DNA of 64,000 bases from a virus. Location of the stretch: IMG/VR virus record IMGVR_UViG_3300036781_000179, positions 1 through 64,000 of that record; one strand, written 5' to 3'. Under the pieces are notes generated by a model. That model saw nothing but the letters and a program-made list of their open reading frames with translations, was not told the DNA's origin and searched no databases. The translations under genes were made by a program, and so were the position numbers. The stretch's first letter is position 1. The number at the start of each line of letters is the position of its first letter. Positions 48,201-57,321 of the stretch are shown piece by piece.

Positions 48201-50081
48201 GAGGAAAGGATAAGACGTAAGGCTGTTACTAAAGAAGAATTGGCCGAAGACCGTAAAAAGATTGCAGCAGACTTTAGTGCAAAGCTAAAAGAAATGCGAT
48301 CACAAGGCTTAAATGATGTATTTAAGGCATCAGCAGAGTTTTTACAGGCAGCAGCTCCATACGTGGCAAAAATGGTACGGAACTTGGCATTAGAGGGTGT
48401 AACAGAAATTAAAGATGTTGTAGCAAGGGTAAAAGAGGAATTGGATTTAAAAGACCTTACAGACCGTGAGGTGACAGATTTAATCGGTGGCGTATATAAT
48501 GAGAAGAAAGGAACTAAAAGCGAAATAGAGGCTCAAATACGTGACCTAAAGACTCAAGCCCGTTTAATAGGAGAAATAGAAGATGCGGAAGCAGGATTGG
48601 CAAAACAGAAAACACCGAAACCTAAAATCAGTGAAAAAGTAAAAGTATTACGACAACGGTTAGATGAGTTACAAAAAGGCACACCTCCAACTAAAGAAGA
48701 AACAAGTCTAAAAGTATCTAAAACAAATGCTCAAAAGAAAATAGCTGAGTTAGAACGTAGAATAAGAGAAAAGGATTTTTCAAAGGTTAATCCAACTGAG
48801 ATTAAACCTGATGCTGAATTGATTGATTTAAGACGTAAGGCTGACAGGTTAATGGAAGATTACCAATTACAATTAGCAAAAGATGAATTGGCTAATCGGA
48901 CTAAAATTGAAAAGGCTAAGGATATATTATTAGACGTAGCATCATTGCCACGTGCATTAAAAGCATCGTTAGACTTTTCAGCAGTTTTAAGGCAAGGACT
49001 ATTTGCTACAGCAGGGCATCCAAAAGAAGCGTTAACAGCTTTTAAAGAAATGTTCAGGCAGACAGTATCAGAGGAAAAGTATAAGAATTGGATTTCAGAT
49101 TTAAAACATGAACCAATTTATGACCTGATGCAAAAGAGTGATTTGTACCTGTCTGATAAAAACAATGCTAAATTGTTAGCAAGAGAGGAAGAATTTACCT
49201 CTAATTTGGCTGATAAGATTCCGGGAATAGGTAAACTAATAGAAGCATCAGAAAGGGCTTACACAGGGTATTTAAACGTGTTACGTGCAGGTGTGTTTAC
49301 ATCAGAAGCACAGAAATTAATTCAAAAAGGATATACCTTTGAAAATAACCCGGAACAGTTTAAAGCATTGGCTAAAGTGGTAAACGTATTAACAGGACGT
49401 GGTGACATCCCTGAGTTTTTAGGAGGTAAACAGCCTAAAATATTAAGTTCAGCATTGTTTTCACCACGTTTCATGGCCGCAAGGATACAAACCTTGTATT
49501 TATGGGCTGATCCAAGATTGCCAAAAGAAGCAAAGATATTAGCAGCAAAAGATATAGGAACAACATTGGCATCAGGGGCATTAATACTATCATTAGCTGC
49601 ATTAGCAGGGTACAAGGTACAAACAGACCCACGAAGCGTTAACTTCCTTAAAATACAGGATAAACAAGAACATGGGAGTACATTCTATGATATATTGGGA
49701 GGTCTGCCACAATATGTAAGGTTTTTGGCGCAACAAGGATTAGGAGAGAAAATACCATCAAATGGTAATGGAGTAATAACTTTTGGCAGTAAAAAAGCAA
49801 GAGGAACAACAAGGTTATCAGAGGCATCAAGGTTCTTACGTGGTAAACTATCTCCTTTAACGGGGGGTGCATTGAATTTAATGGAGGGTAAGGATGTATT
49901 AGGACAGCCATATCATTTGTGGCCTAATGTGCCATTGGAATTTGTACCACTGCCTTATACTGATGTTAATGAGGCGTATAAGATTGGAGGCATTGACGCA
50001 GCAATTAAAGCATTTATTCCGTCACAATTTGGGGTTGGGGTTAGTTCATACAATCCTAATGCTAAACATCCGAAAAAATAA
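45273..50081 (+). CDS. Large internal virion (ejectosome-like) protein, 1602 aa
   Basis: N-terminal FAAKIKAKYPQY..DD..L; long helical body; C-terminal DFSAVLRQG, FSPRF, DPRS.NF.KI; upstream TATCTTTG box. Confidence 0.75.
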   Translation: MAEEVIDQDTPLLSPQAFAAKIKAKYPQYKDVDDETLTAKIISKYPTYASQINTGGLKKNASPQGVDNTSQPLNTGGQSDPFSLTSGNNTPVSYAPITDPELRQQQRNHDIELRNQQEQRRQEISNSLKKIRSELPKDAQANWDEAVNLSATRPVDNLREPTQEELAHDKFMQTPLGKTLGTVAYLGSKATKGTLQVAKGTAWLMNKAGLSGAPTQALGDVMSDLAFDKADEASNYGLTKNDQSRFDENKITSNLGGVAEFLPAMAAGGPTFYLQGMGMGKETADQAEKNGAKINPHVKDAFILGTGIANGFLMKALGEGVFSKLPAGLRGDIASKISMDAIKEAGNKELTGEQFQNLINNGVKDWGQKVQQTGLNALKGYNKAVVDLSALSGANFALKKGVDVANDKPVFNESLGDLAENVSNVATEQAPFFAGLGQIGNLGKLTKYSDYKNSATESLMNDPSPENVDRVKQALHDHGFDQNKQDQWTPEEMDATFKQVDNIADVAKKLPRGIPEKKIGDAVDLVQGRDELKKQLADEQGNRQQLDESVNEMPTQHEQLLIDKIDQANDKLRDIVSGKKTTYSIEKGEDGKEDKYFKKVDGKVEPIEKSRYELENLERESKIQPNEQPIESAPTENNIPETPQTNEAGVPEAIGEKPVETTENNIKPIENENNEKSNGQGQESLTEISPESSREENNGVQEGNVSNSGVEQSAPDITNIKENEIRPADVAEQTTGTTEPTKGAGTEVEKAKDESVNTDKTVSKKPRTAEAIKNENTKAKAEEAGIELEDHVGETRSKEVIDKEATKEIKNGYDSHELVRKILEDKHQASDTEVAILAKHTATVKRNYQDLTKKLETDGATMSKREFDDLTAEHEQATKDYQDALNADVKTGTGTARALSARRFAVKNNFSLGQMIKNKRAANNGEKLSTEQVKEVTQRFNEIQEANEKLQARIDKLESENTRIKAEKAIKRIKDGEERIRRKAVTKEELAEDRKKIAADFSAKLKEMRSQGLNDVFKASAEFLQAAAPYVAKMVRNLALEGVTEIKDVVARVKEELDLKDLTDREVTDLIGGVYNEKKGTKSEIEAQIRDLKTQARLIGEIEDAEAGLAKQKTPKPKISEKVKVLRQRLDELQKGTPPTKEETSLKVSKTNAQKKIAELERRIREKDFSKVNPTEIKPDAELIDLRRKADRLMEDYQLQLAKDELANRTKIEKAKDILLDVASLPRALKASLDFSAVLRQGLFATAGHPKEALTAFKEMFRQTVSEEKYKNWISDLKHEPIYDLMQKSDLYLSDKNNAKLLAREEEFTSNLADKIPGIGKLIEASERAYTGYLNVLRAGVFTSEAQKLIQKGYTFENNPEQFKALAKVVNVLTGRGDIPEFLGGKQPKILSSALFSPRFMAARIQTLYLWADPRLPKEAKILAAKDIGTTLASGALILSLAALAGYKVQTDPRSVNFLKIQDKQEHGSTFYDILGGLPQYVRFLAQQGLGEKIPSNGNGVITFGSKKARGTTRLSEASRFLRGKLSPLTGGALNLMEGKDVLGQPYHLWPNVPLEFVPLPYTDVNEAYKIGGIDAAIKAFIPSQFGVGVSSYNPNAKHPKK

Positions 50082-50112
50082 TTATATTTGATTAATTTAA
50101 ACAACATAAGAA

Positions 50113-50382
50113 ATGGCTATAATAGTGAGTTCAAGCGTACCGGGTAGCTTAAAGATTAACAACAGCAGTGCAAGCCCTTTAAGCATGTATCTGTGTAATC
50201 TAAAAACAGTCACTGTAAATGGTGATTTTAGTTCAGGCATGGTTAATATACTAAACCAAAATGGACAGCCATTGATACAATTACCATTAAATAAACTATC
50301 TAACGTTGGCGCATCAGGGGCGGGTAGTTTTACAATGCAGAACGCAGTTGATGCCATTAGTTCACTTATCATAACCGCTTAA
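50113..50382 (+). CDS. Small virion structural protein
   Basis: First gene after the TATATTTG box at ~50083 in the tail-fibre operon. Confidence 0.6.
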   Translation: MAIIVSSSVPGSLKINNSSASPLSMYLCNLKTVTVNGDFSSGMVNILNQNGQPLIQLPLNKLSNVGASGAGSFTMQNAVDAISSLIITA

Positions 50383-50384
50383 TC

Positions 50385-50846
50385 ATGGCAACCTATACCG
50401 GAGTAGTTACACAATCAGCAAATGGTCAGGTGTTAACCTATACAGATACTTCATCTAATGTAGGTACAGTTACATCCCGTATATTAAACATTTATGATAG
50501 TAATGAAGTGTTGGTTGATACGATTAACATGGGTGCAAGCCTTACAGCAACGTATAACATCACAACAGACGTGTATTTATCGTTTATAGAAACATTGGTT
50601 GATGATGGTGTAAACCATGAAATAACAGTAAACTACTTATCAACAATATTCTATGAAATAACATTTGCTCCATTAATAGCAGCACAGAATTGTGATACTG
50701 ATGTATTTGGGTTAATTTATAATTTAACAAGAGCATCGTTATTCAAAGAAAGTGCAGAAATATATGCTGAATTTGGAGTAGGTCAAAATGCTCAAGCAAA
50801 CATTACTCAAGCTAACTTTTATTTAGTGACACCTTATTACGCTTAA
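50385..50846 (+). CDS. Tail-associated structural protein (hub-like)
   Basis: Thr-rich beta N-terminus (LTYTDTS); position. Confidence 0.6.
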   Translation: MATYTGVVTQSANGQVLTYTDTSSNVGTVTSRILNIYDSNEVLVDTINMGASLTATYNITTDVYLSFIETLVDDGVNHEITVNYLSTIFYEITFAPLIAAQNCDTDVFGLIYNLTRASLFKESAEIYAEFGVGQNAQANITQANFYLVTPYYA

Positions 50847-50850
50847 TCAG

Positions 50851-51702
50851 ATGCCTACACCACAACAGGTTCAAACCACGATACAAAGTGCAAAGTACAA
50901 GTTAGCTACGTGGACACAAAAGAACTTGAACCTGATTTTAAACGGAGGCGTAGCCATTAATGAGCAACTGATTAATTATTTCAGGCTTAATTTACATGGT
51001 TTACAATACCAACAAAAGAGAGCCGATTACACCTCTAACACAACCATAATTATTTACAACAGGTTATTAGGGTTAATAGGTATAGATACCAATGTGTATT
51101 CACGTGACCCTGATTATCAAAATCCAACCAATCCTGTTGTGAATACTGTTACTGTAGTAGGATTCAACGATCAAAAATATGAATTTGATACCACAGTAAC
51201 CCCTGATAACCCACAATGGATATTAGCTAATTACCATGCCAATTATTACCCTTTATTTGGTAATAACCCTGATTTAGCTATTTATATAGAGGAAGGGGAC
51301 TTTGTAGGAGATGAGCAAACACCGCCTATCATAGAATATGCAGTTGATGGCAATGTAAATAGCGATATATTAAGTATCACTTATGATTTTCCTCCGGGTG
51401 TAGGAGCTAAAGGTTACGTAAGGATAGCAGGTAAAGCACCATCATCAGGGAATTCAGGATCATCAACTCCGGGAGGTGGAAATGCAAGCACATTAACATT
51501 TAACCAAAGCAATTTATTGGAAGATGGAACAGGTTCAGGAAACTGGTATTTACCATTGGTAATAGGTGTTAACCAGAACCCTATATTTACTACATCAAAC
51601 GGAGTGTCATTAAGTGCTACTTATGATAAAACCTTCTCTCCTAACAGATTGTACGGCTTCGCTAACAACGATACACAGGTAATAAAAGTAACCATTATAT
51701 AA
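50851..51702 (+). CDS. Tail-associated structural protein
   Basis: 283 aa, G/S linker, position. Confidence 0.6.
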   Translation: MPTPQQVQTTIQSAKYKLATWTQKNLNLILNGGVAINEQLINYFRLNLHGLQYQQKRADYTSNTTIIIYNRLLGLIGIDTNVYSRDPDYQNPTNPVVNTVTVVGFNDQKYEFDTTVTPDNPQWILANYHANYYPLFGNNPDLAIYIEEGDFVGDEQTPPIIEYAVDGNVNSDILSITYDFPPGVGAKGYVRIAGKAPSSGNSGSSTPGGGNASTLTFNQSNLLEDGTGSGNWYLPLVIGVNQNPIFTTSNGVSLSATYDKTFSPNRLYGFANNDTQVIKVTII

Positions 51703-52869
51703 ATGAAAAAACTATTTACAATATTATTGTTATTCATTAGTGTAACAAGTTATGCTCAATGGAGTAATGTAGGTACAGCGACTCTCCAAAGACAACCAAC
51801 AGCAAAGGGTTATTTTTACAGGGATAACATGGGGGCAAAGGGATTTGTAAATTGGTATAATGTTCCACAATTAGATAGTTTATTAAATATTAGGGCTATA
51901 AAAGATAGCACATTTAATATCAATAAAAATTTCTTTGATATACAAAATGCTTCCACAGCCCGTAACAACCTTGGTATCACAATCCTATTAGCAGGCAAAG
52001 TAGATACAGCAACATTAGCCAATTACGCTTTAGATAATACCGTATTACACAAGGTGAATAACCTTTCAGACGTGCCTAATAAACCATTAGCAAAAGTTAA
52101 TTTAGGCATATTTGAGTATTTAGGAGAATGGAATAGTGGTCAGGCGGCAGCAAGTTATTATAACCGTGTAGGTTGTTTAGTTTCTTACAATGGAGTACTT
52201 TACAGGATAGTATCCAATCCCGGAACAATAGCACCCCGAAATTGGGACCCATCACATTATGCAGTGGCAGATAACCCTATTGGTTTAAACATCTTAAAAA
52301 GTTTTGTATTAGCAGGTAATGATAGATACGACTTTTTAACCATGAGCAACCTGAGTACCCAACAGCTAACATTCCGGTTTAATATATTGGTGAGTGATGC
52401 ATTATCAGTGGATTCAACAACCGCAGTGGAAGTACAGGGATATGACTTTAATTTACAAAAAGTGTTTTTAATAACGCCTAATACATGGTTTCAATTAAAT
52501 CCTACGAGGTATAGCACGTTTAATAACACCTATGGAGATACTACGTCTGTAAAAAACAGGGTGATATTTATAGACTTTCAATTTGTGCCAACTGATCCAT
52601 TAGACCCAACAAAAGCAGGAACATTTAAATTCAGATATCGTGTAAACAACAGTTTAGGGTTGACCGGGAGTATTGCTATCAGGAATTACGCTGTAAGCAA
52701 TAGCGACTTGTTACCTATAGCTAACCAATACACGGGTGTAGATACCCCTGCTTTATACATGAACCAAGTTATCCAATTAGATAAAGGGTTGGTAATAGCA
52801 TCCCCTAATGGGACACAATATAAAATTACGGTATCCAACGGAGGTACATTAACCGTGACAGCATTATGA
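51703..52869 (+). CDS. Tail fibre-like protein with N-terminal Sec-type signal peptide
   Basis: MKKLFTILLLFISVTSYA|Q; fibre repeats 'DIQNASTARNNLG' and 'NNLSDVPNKPLAKVNLG'; C-terminal SPNGTQYKITVSNGGTL. Confidence 0.7.
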   Translation: MKKLFTILLLFISVTSYAQWSNVGTATLQRQPTAKGYFYRDNMGAKGFVNWYNVPQLDSLLNIRAIKDSTFNINKNFFDIQNASTARNNLGITILLAGKVDTATLANYALDNTVLHKVNNLSDVPNKPLAKVNLGIFEYLGEWNSGQAAASYYNRVGCLVSYNGVLYRIVSNPGTIAPRNWDPSHYAVADNPIGLNILKSFVLAGNDRYDFLTMSNLSTQQLTFRFNILVSDALSVDSTTAVEVQGYDFNLQKVFLITPNTWFQLNPTRYSTFNNTYGDTTSVKNRVIFIDFQFVPTDPLDPTKAGTFKFRYRVNNSLGLTGSIAIRNYAVSNSDLLPIANQYTGVDTPALYMNQVIQLDKGLVIASPNGTQYKITVSNGGTLTVTAL

Positions 52870-55800
52870 AAAAACTACTCTTAATACTTTGTTTATTTAC
52901 CTGTTTTAAAGCGTTTGGACAGACTCCAACACAACCAACACCTGTTAACCAAATGACGTGGTATAAAGACCTTGGAGGACACATGTGGGCTTACAGGGGG
53001 GCTACGTTAGGATGGATACAAATGGCAGATGCTTCACAGTTAAGTAATATAACATTTCTTCCAAAAGCCAATAGTGGCCTTCACATAACTGGAGATAGCA
53101 CTATCAGGTGGGGTGGTGAACTTTTAGAGGATATTGATATAATTGGTAACAATCATTATATACAACAAAATAATAGCTTTTCGTCTGATGAGATAAATTC
53201 ATTTTCAAGAACTCTTTTATTAAATAATGAAATAGGAGCGCCAAGTATTGGAACTTTTATAAGCTCCAATTACAATGATGGCATAGGAAATATATCTACG
53301 ACAGGAAGCCTTAACACATGGAATTTCGGATCACAATTATTGGCTGCGTATTCATCATCTACACCTAATATAAATAGCAGACAATCTGTTACTGTAGGTA
53401 AGATAGGAGGCGAGATGCCGGTATTATCGGGTAGTAAAATAGAAATATTTGATGGACTTAATTTAAAAGGGGCGCAATACGCTGCTGATTACTCTACGGT
53501 AGGTAAATTAGATGACCGTTGGATACCCGATTGGGGAGCAGTTAAATCAAGGGTTGATAGTTCAGGAAGTAACTATGTAAACTTAACCACCAATCAAACA
53601 GGTATAGGTGGTAATAAAACATGGACCGGAGATCATACTTGGCACATTACCGGGAATAATTCAACAATGCAAGTTAATCAGGATGGTTGGAATATAACTT
53701 CTACCGGCAGTCCTAATTTTTATGGTGCAAATATATCTGATGGGATATATGCGATAACCACTGATAAAGGAGCAAACCTGTTCCCTTATGATTTATCCTT
53801 TAATAGAGATAGTTTTACGGTCCATTTAACAGGACCGGCTTCTATTTCAACAAGCAGCAAGGTTCAAACCTTACAAGATAAGGCAGGCACAATAGCCTTA
53901 TTAAGTGATGTTGTAGGGGTAGACAGCACAACAATAGCTAATACCTATGCTACAAAAATACACGTTGATAGCGTTTCAGCAGCCACAACCCAAAATCAGA
54001 TATTGCTTTATGATAAATCATTTTATACCTCATTAACAGATTTTGTAAAGGCAGGTACATTCACTCCATCATTAACCACTGATTTTGGAATTTTAATGAC
54101 AGGGGGCGTAAGTGGAACGGATACTACGAATTATATCCGGTTAAAAGGATTCACTAATAATGATGATCTATTAAATCTTGAAGTAACTTTTATTGTAAAT
54201 GATTTAACAGGATTTGGTATTGGCGTAGGTAGAAAACATACAAGCCCATCATCTGATTATAGTTGCTTTGGAAGCTATGACTTAGTTAATAACACTGTTT
54301 TTGTAAAGAGTTTTGGTGTAAGTAGAAGCGCACCTTCAGGCATTACTGTTGCGGTAAATGATATATGCAAGATAATATTCAGGATACGGGGTAACATGCT
54401 GATAACTGACTTTTATGACTTAACCCAAAATAAATATGCTACAGTGTCCGGAGTTAATAATTTGCTCAATACCGGTAATATTGTTATTACAGAACATGGA
54501 GGGTCAGTAACTATAAAGGGCTTTAAAGCATATAGTTCATCTCCACGAAGCCCTGATTTAGCCATTTTAAGTGATAGTAAGTTACGTAACCCAATAAACG
54601 GGTTGGCATTTGGCAACTGGGATAACACATTTGGCATTACAGCGACTTTTGCAGGACAGGGCGACCAAGTTACACAGTTGCTTCAAGGGTTGCCATATGT
54701 GCTTAAATATATCAAACCAAAACAGGTTATTGTAAATATAGGCCGTAACAACTTACAGCCAGGAGGTGTGATGCCAGACAGTGTTAAAACACAATATGCC
54801 ACGCTGGTTCATAAATTAGATAGCGCGGGTATTAATGCAGGATATTTCAGGGCTATACCCGAAACAGTTAATCCGGATCAAACCGGATTGAATCATTTAG
54901 TAGATAGTTTAGTGCCATCAAGAACTATCGACGTATCACCTTATTGGACTAATGCCATTGATTTGGCAGGGGATGGCATACATCCTAATGAAGCAGGAGC
55001 GAGGTTATTAACTTGGGTATCGCAAAGAACAGGTTATTTTGATACTACAAAAGTTTACTCACAGCCACAAGCATTAACCGAACAGAACTATGCGAAATAT
55101 AATCAGAATAATAATTTCAACATTAATCAGGTTGTAAATGGTTTGGTATTAGGCACGGCCAATTCGTCATATACCGGAATTGAATCATCTGTAATTACTG
55201 TACCATTGGCTGTCGGTGGAGCATTTCCTTATACAAATTCCAATAACTTAGTTTTATCATCATCGGGGGCAGCAGGAAAGCAAATTGTTTTTAAGACTAA
55301 CAATACGGTCAGGGCATACATTGATGGATCGGGTAACATGACGGTAGGTAAAACAGATGGAACAGTAGCGGTAACAGGGGCTAAATTTAGTGTATCAGGA
55401 AACTTCGGAACCACGGGAGCTAATACATTAGGGGGGCTAAGTTCAACAGGGGGTATAGTATATACATCATCAGCGGCAGGGTTATTGGCACAGGTTGCAG
55501 CAGTGGCAACAGGGAACGTTTTATTATCAGGAGGTCTAAGTACCGCACCTGCATATGGTAAAGTCAGTTCAGCTCATATTGATGCCTCTGTGGCTCCTAC
55601 AGCAAGTCCTACATTCACAGGAACACCAACACTGCCAACCGGTACAATAGGGGTAACACAAACAGCAGGTAATAGTACTACAGCAGTAGCCACTACAGCC
55701 TTTGTAACAACCGCAGATAACTTAAAGGCCAATATAGCCTCTCCAACATTTACAGGTGTTCCTGCCGCTCCTACACCTGCTTCAAACGTAAATACAACAC

Positions 55801-56390
55801 AGATACCCACAACAGCATGGGTAAATACGTATTACGGAGCATTAGCAGGAACACAAAACTGGTCAGGAACTAATACTTTTGGATTAGAGGTAACGGGGCT
55901 TAGTGGTTTTATCACAAGGAGCAATAACCCGGTACAATTTTATGGTACGGGGAATACGTTTTTTGGCAATTTATTTCCAAATACTTTAACAGGGAATCAA
56001 AACTGGAATTTACCTAATAATTCAGGTACGCTCGCTTTGACAAGTGATGTTAATTCTCCTATAGTGGGAACGCCAACAATATCAGCAGGGGCAGGCGCCG
56101 GAACATCACCTACAGTTAGCGTTACAAGCAACGGAAAGGGATTACAAGTAACTGTAACGACAGGAACTATACCTACAGGAACAAATGCAACTGTAGCTAC
56201 CATTACACTTCCAAATACCCTACCATATACGCCGTATCCTGTATTTTCGCCAGCCGGAGCAAATTCTGCTCTTTTGAATGGAGCAAGTATGATATACATG
56301 ACAAGTTCAAGTGGCACAAATATTACAATCACATCAGGCACAACCGCTCTGGTAGCAGCCACTACTTATACATGGAACATTTCTTTGTAA
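52866..56390 (+). CDS. Tail fibre/tailspike with SGNH-hydrolase (esterase) domain and N-terminal signal peptide
   Basis: MKKLLLILCLFTCFKAFG|Q; SGNH blocks ILSDS, GQG, IGRNN, DGIHPN; fibre repeats ASPTFTGTPT/ASPTFTGVPAAPT, ATTAFV. Confidence 0.78.
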   Translation: MKKLLLILCLFTCFKAFGQTPTQPTPVNQMTWYKDLGGHMWAYRGATLGWIQMADASQLSNITFLPKANSGLHITGDSTIRWGGELLEDIDIIGNNHYIQQNNSFSSDEINSFSRTLLLNNEIGAPSIGTFISSNYNDGIGNISTTGSLNTWNFGSQLLAAYSSSTPNINSRQSVTVGKIGGEMPVLSGSKIEIFDGLNLKGAQYAADYSTVGKLDDRWIPDWGAVKSRVDSSGSNYVNLTTNQTGIGGNKTWTGDHTWHITGNNSTMQVNQDGWNITSTGSPNFYGANISDGIYAITTDKGANLFPYDLSFNRDSFTVHLTGPASISTSSKVQTLQDKAGTIALLSDVVGVDSTTIANTYATKIHVDSVSAATTQNQILLYDKSFYTSLTDFVKAGTFTPSLTTDFGILMTGGVSGTDTTNYIRLKGFTNNDDLLNLEVTFIVNDLTGFGIGVGRKHTSPSSDYSCFGSYDLVNNTVFVKSFGVSRSAPSGITVAVNDICKIIFRIRGNMLITDFYDLTQNKYATVSGVNNLLNTGNIVITEHGGSVTIKGFKAYSSSPRSPDLAILSDSKLRNPINGLAFGNWDNTFGITATFAGQGDQVTQLLQGLPYVLKYIKPKQVIVNIGRNNLQPGGVMPDSVKTQYATLVHKLDSAGINAGYFRAIPETVNPDQTGLNHLVDSLVPSRTIDVSPYWTNAIDLAGDGIHPNEAGARLLTWVSQRTGYFDTTKVYSQPQALTEQNYAKYNQNNNFNINQVVNGLVLGTANSSYTGIESSVITVPLAVGGAFPYTNSNNLVLSSSGAAGKQIVFKTNNTVRAYIDGSGNMTVGKTDGTVAVTGAKFSVSGNFGTTGANTLGGLSSTGGIVYTSSAAGLLAQVAAVATGNVLLSGGLSTAPAYGKVSSAHIDASVAPTASPTFTGTPTLPTGTIGVTQTAGNSTTAVATTAFVTTADNLKANIASPTFTGVPAAPTPASNVNTTQIPTTAWVNTYYGALAGTQNWSGTNTFGLEVTGLSGFITRSNNPVQFYGTGNTFFGNLFPNTLTGNQNWNLPNNSGTLALTSDVNSPIVGTPTISAGAGAGTSPTVSVTSNGKGLQVTVTTGTIPTGTNATVATITLPNTLPYTPYPVFSPAGANSALLNGASMIYMTSSSGTNITITSGTTALVAATTYTWNISL

Positions 56391-56410
56391 CAATTTAAAC
56401 TATATATAAC

Positions 56411-56569
56411 ATGGTAAAGCAGCCCAAAAAGAAACAAGAGAAAAAATGTCACCCTGTAGAATCAGGAACAGACGGTGGTGTAGTGGTTAATACTGACCCG
56501 ACACCGATAAACAAATGTCCTCGTGGATATTATTGGAACGGAACGAGATGTGTTGCAGACCTTGGATAA
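56411..56569 (+). CDS. Small peptide with C-terminal CPxGYYWNGxxCV motif (52 aa, not in the ORF track)
   Basis: Manual translation MVKQPKKKQEKKCHPVESGTDGGVVVNTDPTPINKCPRGYYWNGTRCVADLG*. Confidence 0.65.
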   Translation: MVKQPKKKQEKKCHPVESGTDGGVVVNTDPTPINKCPRGYYWNGTRCVADLG

Positions 56570-56570
56570 A

Positions 56571-56945
56571 ATGAGAGCAGTAATTTGTGCTATAGCCTTG
56601 ATACTTTTTTGTGCATCAATGAATACCTACATATACAGGATTGACCATAATTGCTTGCCTATAAAAGAAATGAGGCTATGGTACAATTATACATTAGGAG
56701 GATTTATCTTATTTTATATAATAGACGAACTATTTGGGTATAAGAATTACATACATGAAAATCTAAACTTAATATGTAAATTTACGTCAGTTATAAACAT
56801 TATATTAGTAATAATAAATCATCAAGATATTATGACGAACCCTTTAGAGAAGTTTTTATTATTCAATGGTGCAATTCTTGCGGTTACCATAATGATATTA
56901 ATTTCAGGAGGGCGGCATGGTTATTTCCAAAACAATAATGACTAA
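56571..56945 (+). CDS. Four-TM membrane protein
   Basis: Likely start ATG 56571 (MRAVICAIALILF...); four hydrophobic segments. Confidence 0.7.
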   Translation: MRAVICAIALILFCASMNTYIYRIDHNCLPIKEMRLWYNYTLGGFILFYIIDELFGYKNYIHENLNLICKFTSVINIILVIINHQDIMTNPLEKFLLFNGAILAVTIMILISGGRHGYFQNNND

Positions 56946-57228
56946 TAAACAAGGCGACTGGTATATTCAGATTTTAGAATGGTGTGTAGACCACGCCTTA
57001 GTTTGGACGACCTTTTTATTAGGGTTTACCGCGATAGATAAAACGTTTAAAGAAATTAGAAAACGTAGAGAAGCATCTGAAAAATTAGAACTTGAAAGAC
57101 ATGATTTAAGGATGAGGCAAATCGTCCAAGAGGAAATAACTAAAGGTGTTTTAATGAGGCTTGATAAAATAGCTGAAAAGGTTGATGATCTAAATGATGC
57201 TTTTATCAGGCATAACATCAAAAAATAA
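56917..57228 (+). CDS. Holin/antiholin-like single-TM coiled-coil protein
   Basis: One hydrophobic segment followed by a coiled coil; upstream of the endolysin. Confidence 0.55.
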   Translation: MVISKTIMTNKQGDWYIQILEWCVDHALVWTTFLLGFTAIDKTFKEIRKRREASEKLELERHDLRMRQIVQEEITKGVLMRLDKIAEKVDDLNDAFIRHNIKK

Positions 57229-57231
57229 CCT

Positions 57232-57321
57232 ATGACTGAATTAGCACAGTACGGCATATTAGGAATAATCATAGGAGGACTGTTATTATTATGGTCACTC
57301 CTATTAGCGGTTAAAGGATGA
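57232..57321 (+). CDS. 29-aa single-TM micro-protein (holin-like)
   Basis: MTELAQYGILGIIIGGLLLLWSLLLAVKG*; stop overlaps the endolysin ATG (ATGA). Confidence 0.55.
   Translation: MTELAQYGILGIIIGGLLLLWSLLLAVKG

Noticed and set aside
27200-49911. Numerous minus-strand ORFs of 60-190 aa within the structural genes (e.g. 27200-27775, 46715-47293)
   Set aside because: Antisense shadows of long plus-strand genes, with Ser/Leu/Phe-rich composition typical of reverse frames.
45273-50081. Virion RNA polymerase as in Crassvirales
   Set aside because: No recognisable DxDxD catalytic motif context; host-type promoters are used throughout, so it is called an ejection protein.
26853-56390. Stop-codon reassignment as in some crAss-like phages
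   Set aside because: Long genes are intact in the standard code, the portal ends in TAG, and no suppressor (CTA/TCA anticodon) tRNA is present.
51703-56390. Diversity-generating retroelement targeting the tail fibres
   Set aside because: No reverse transcriptase and no template/variable repeat pair seen in the window.
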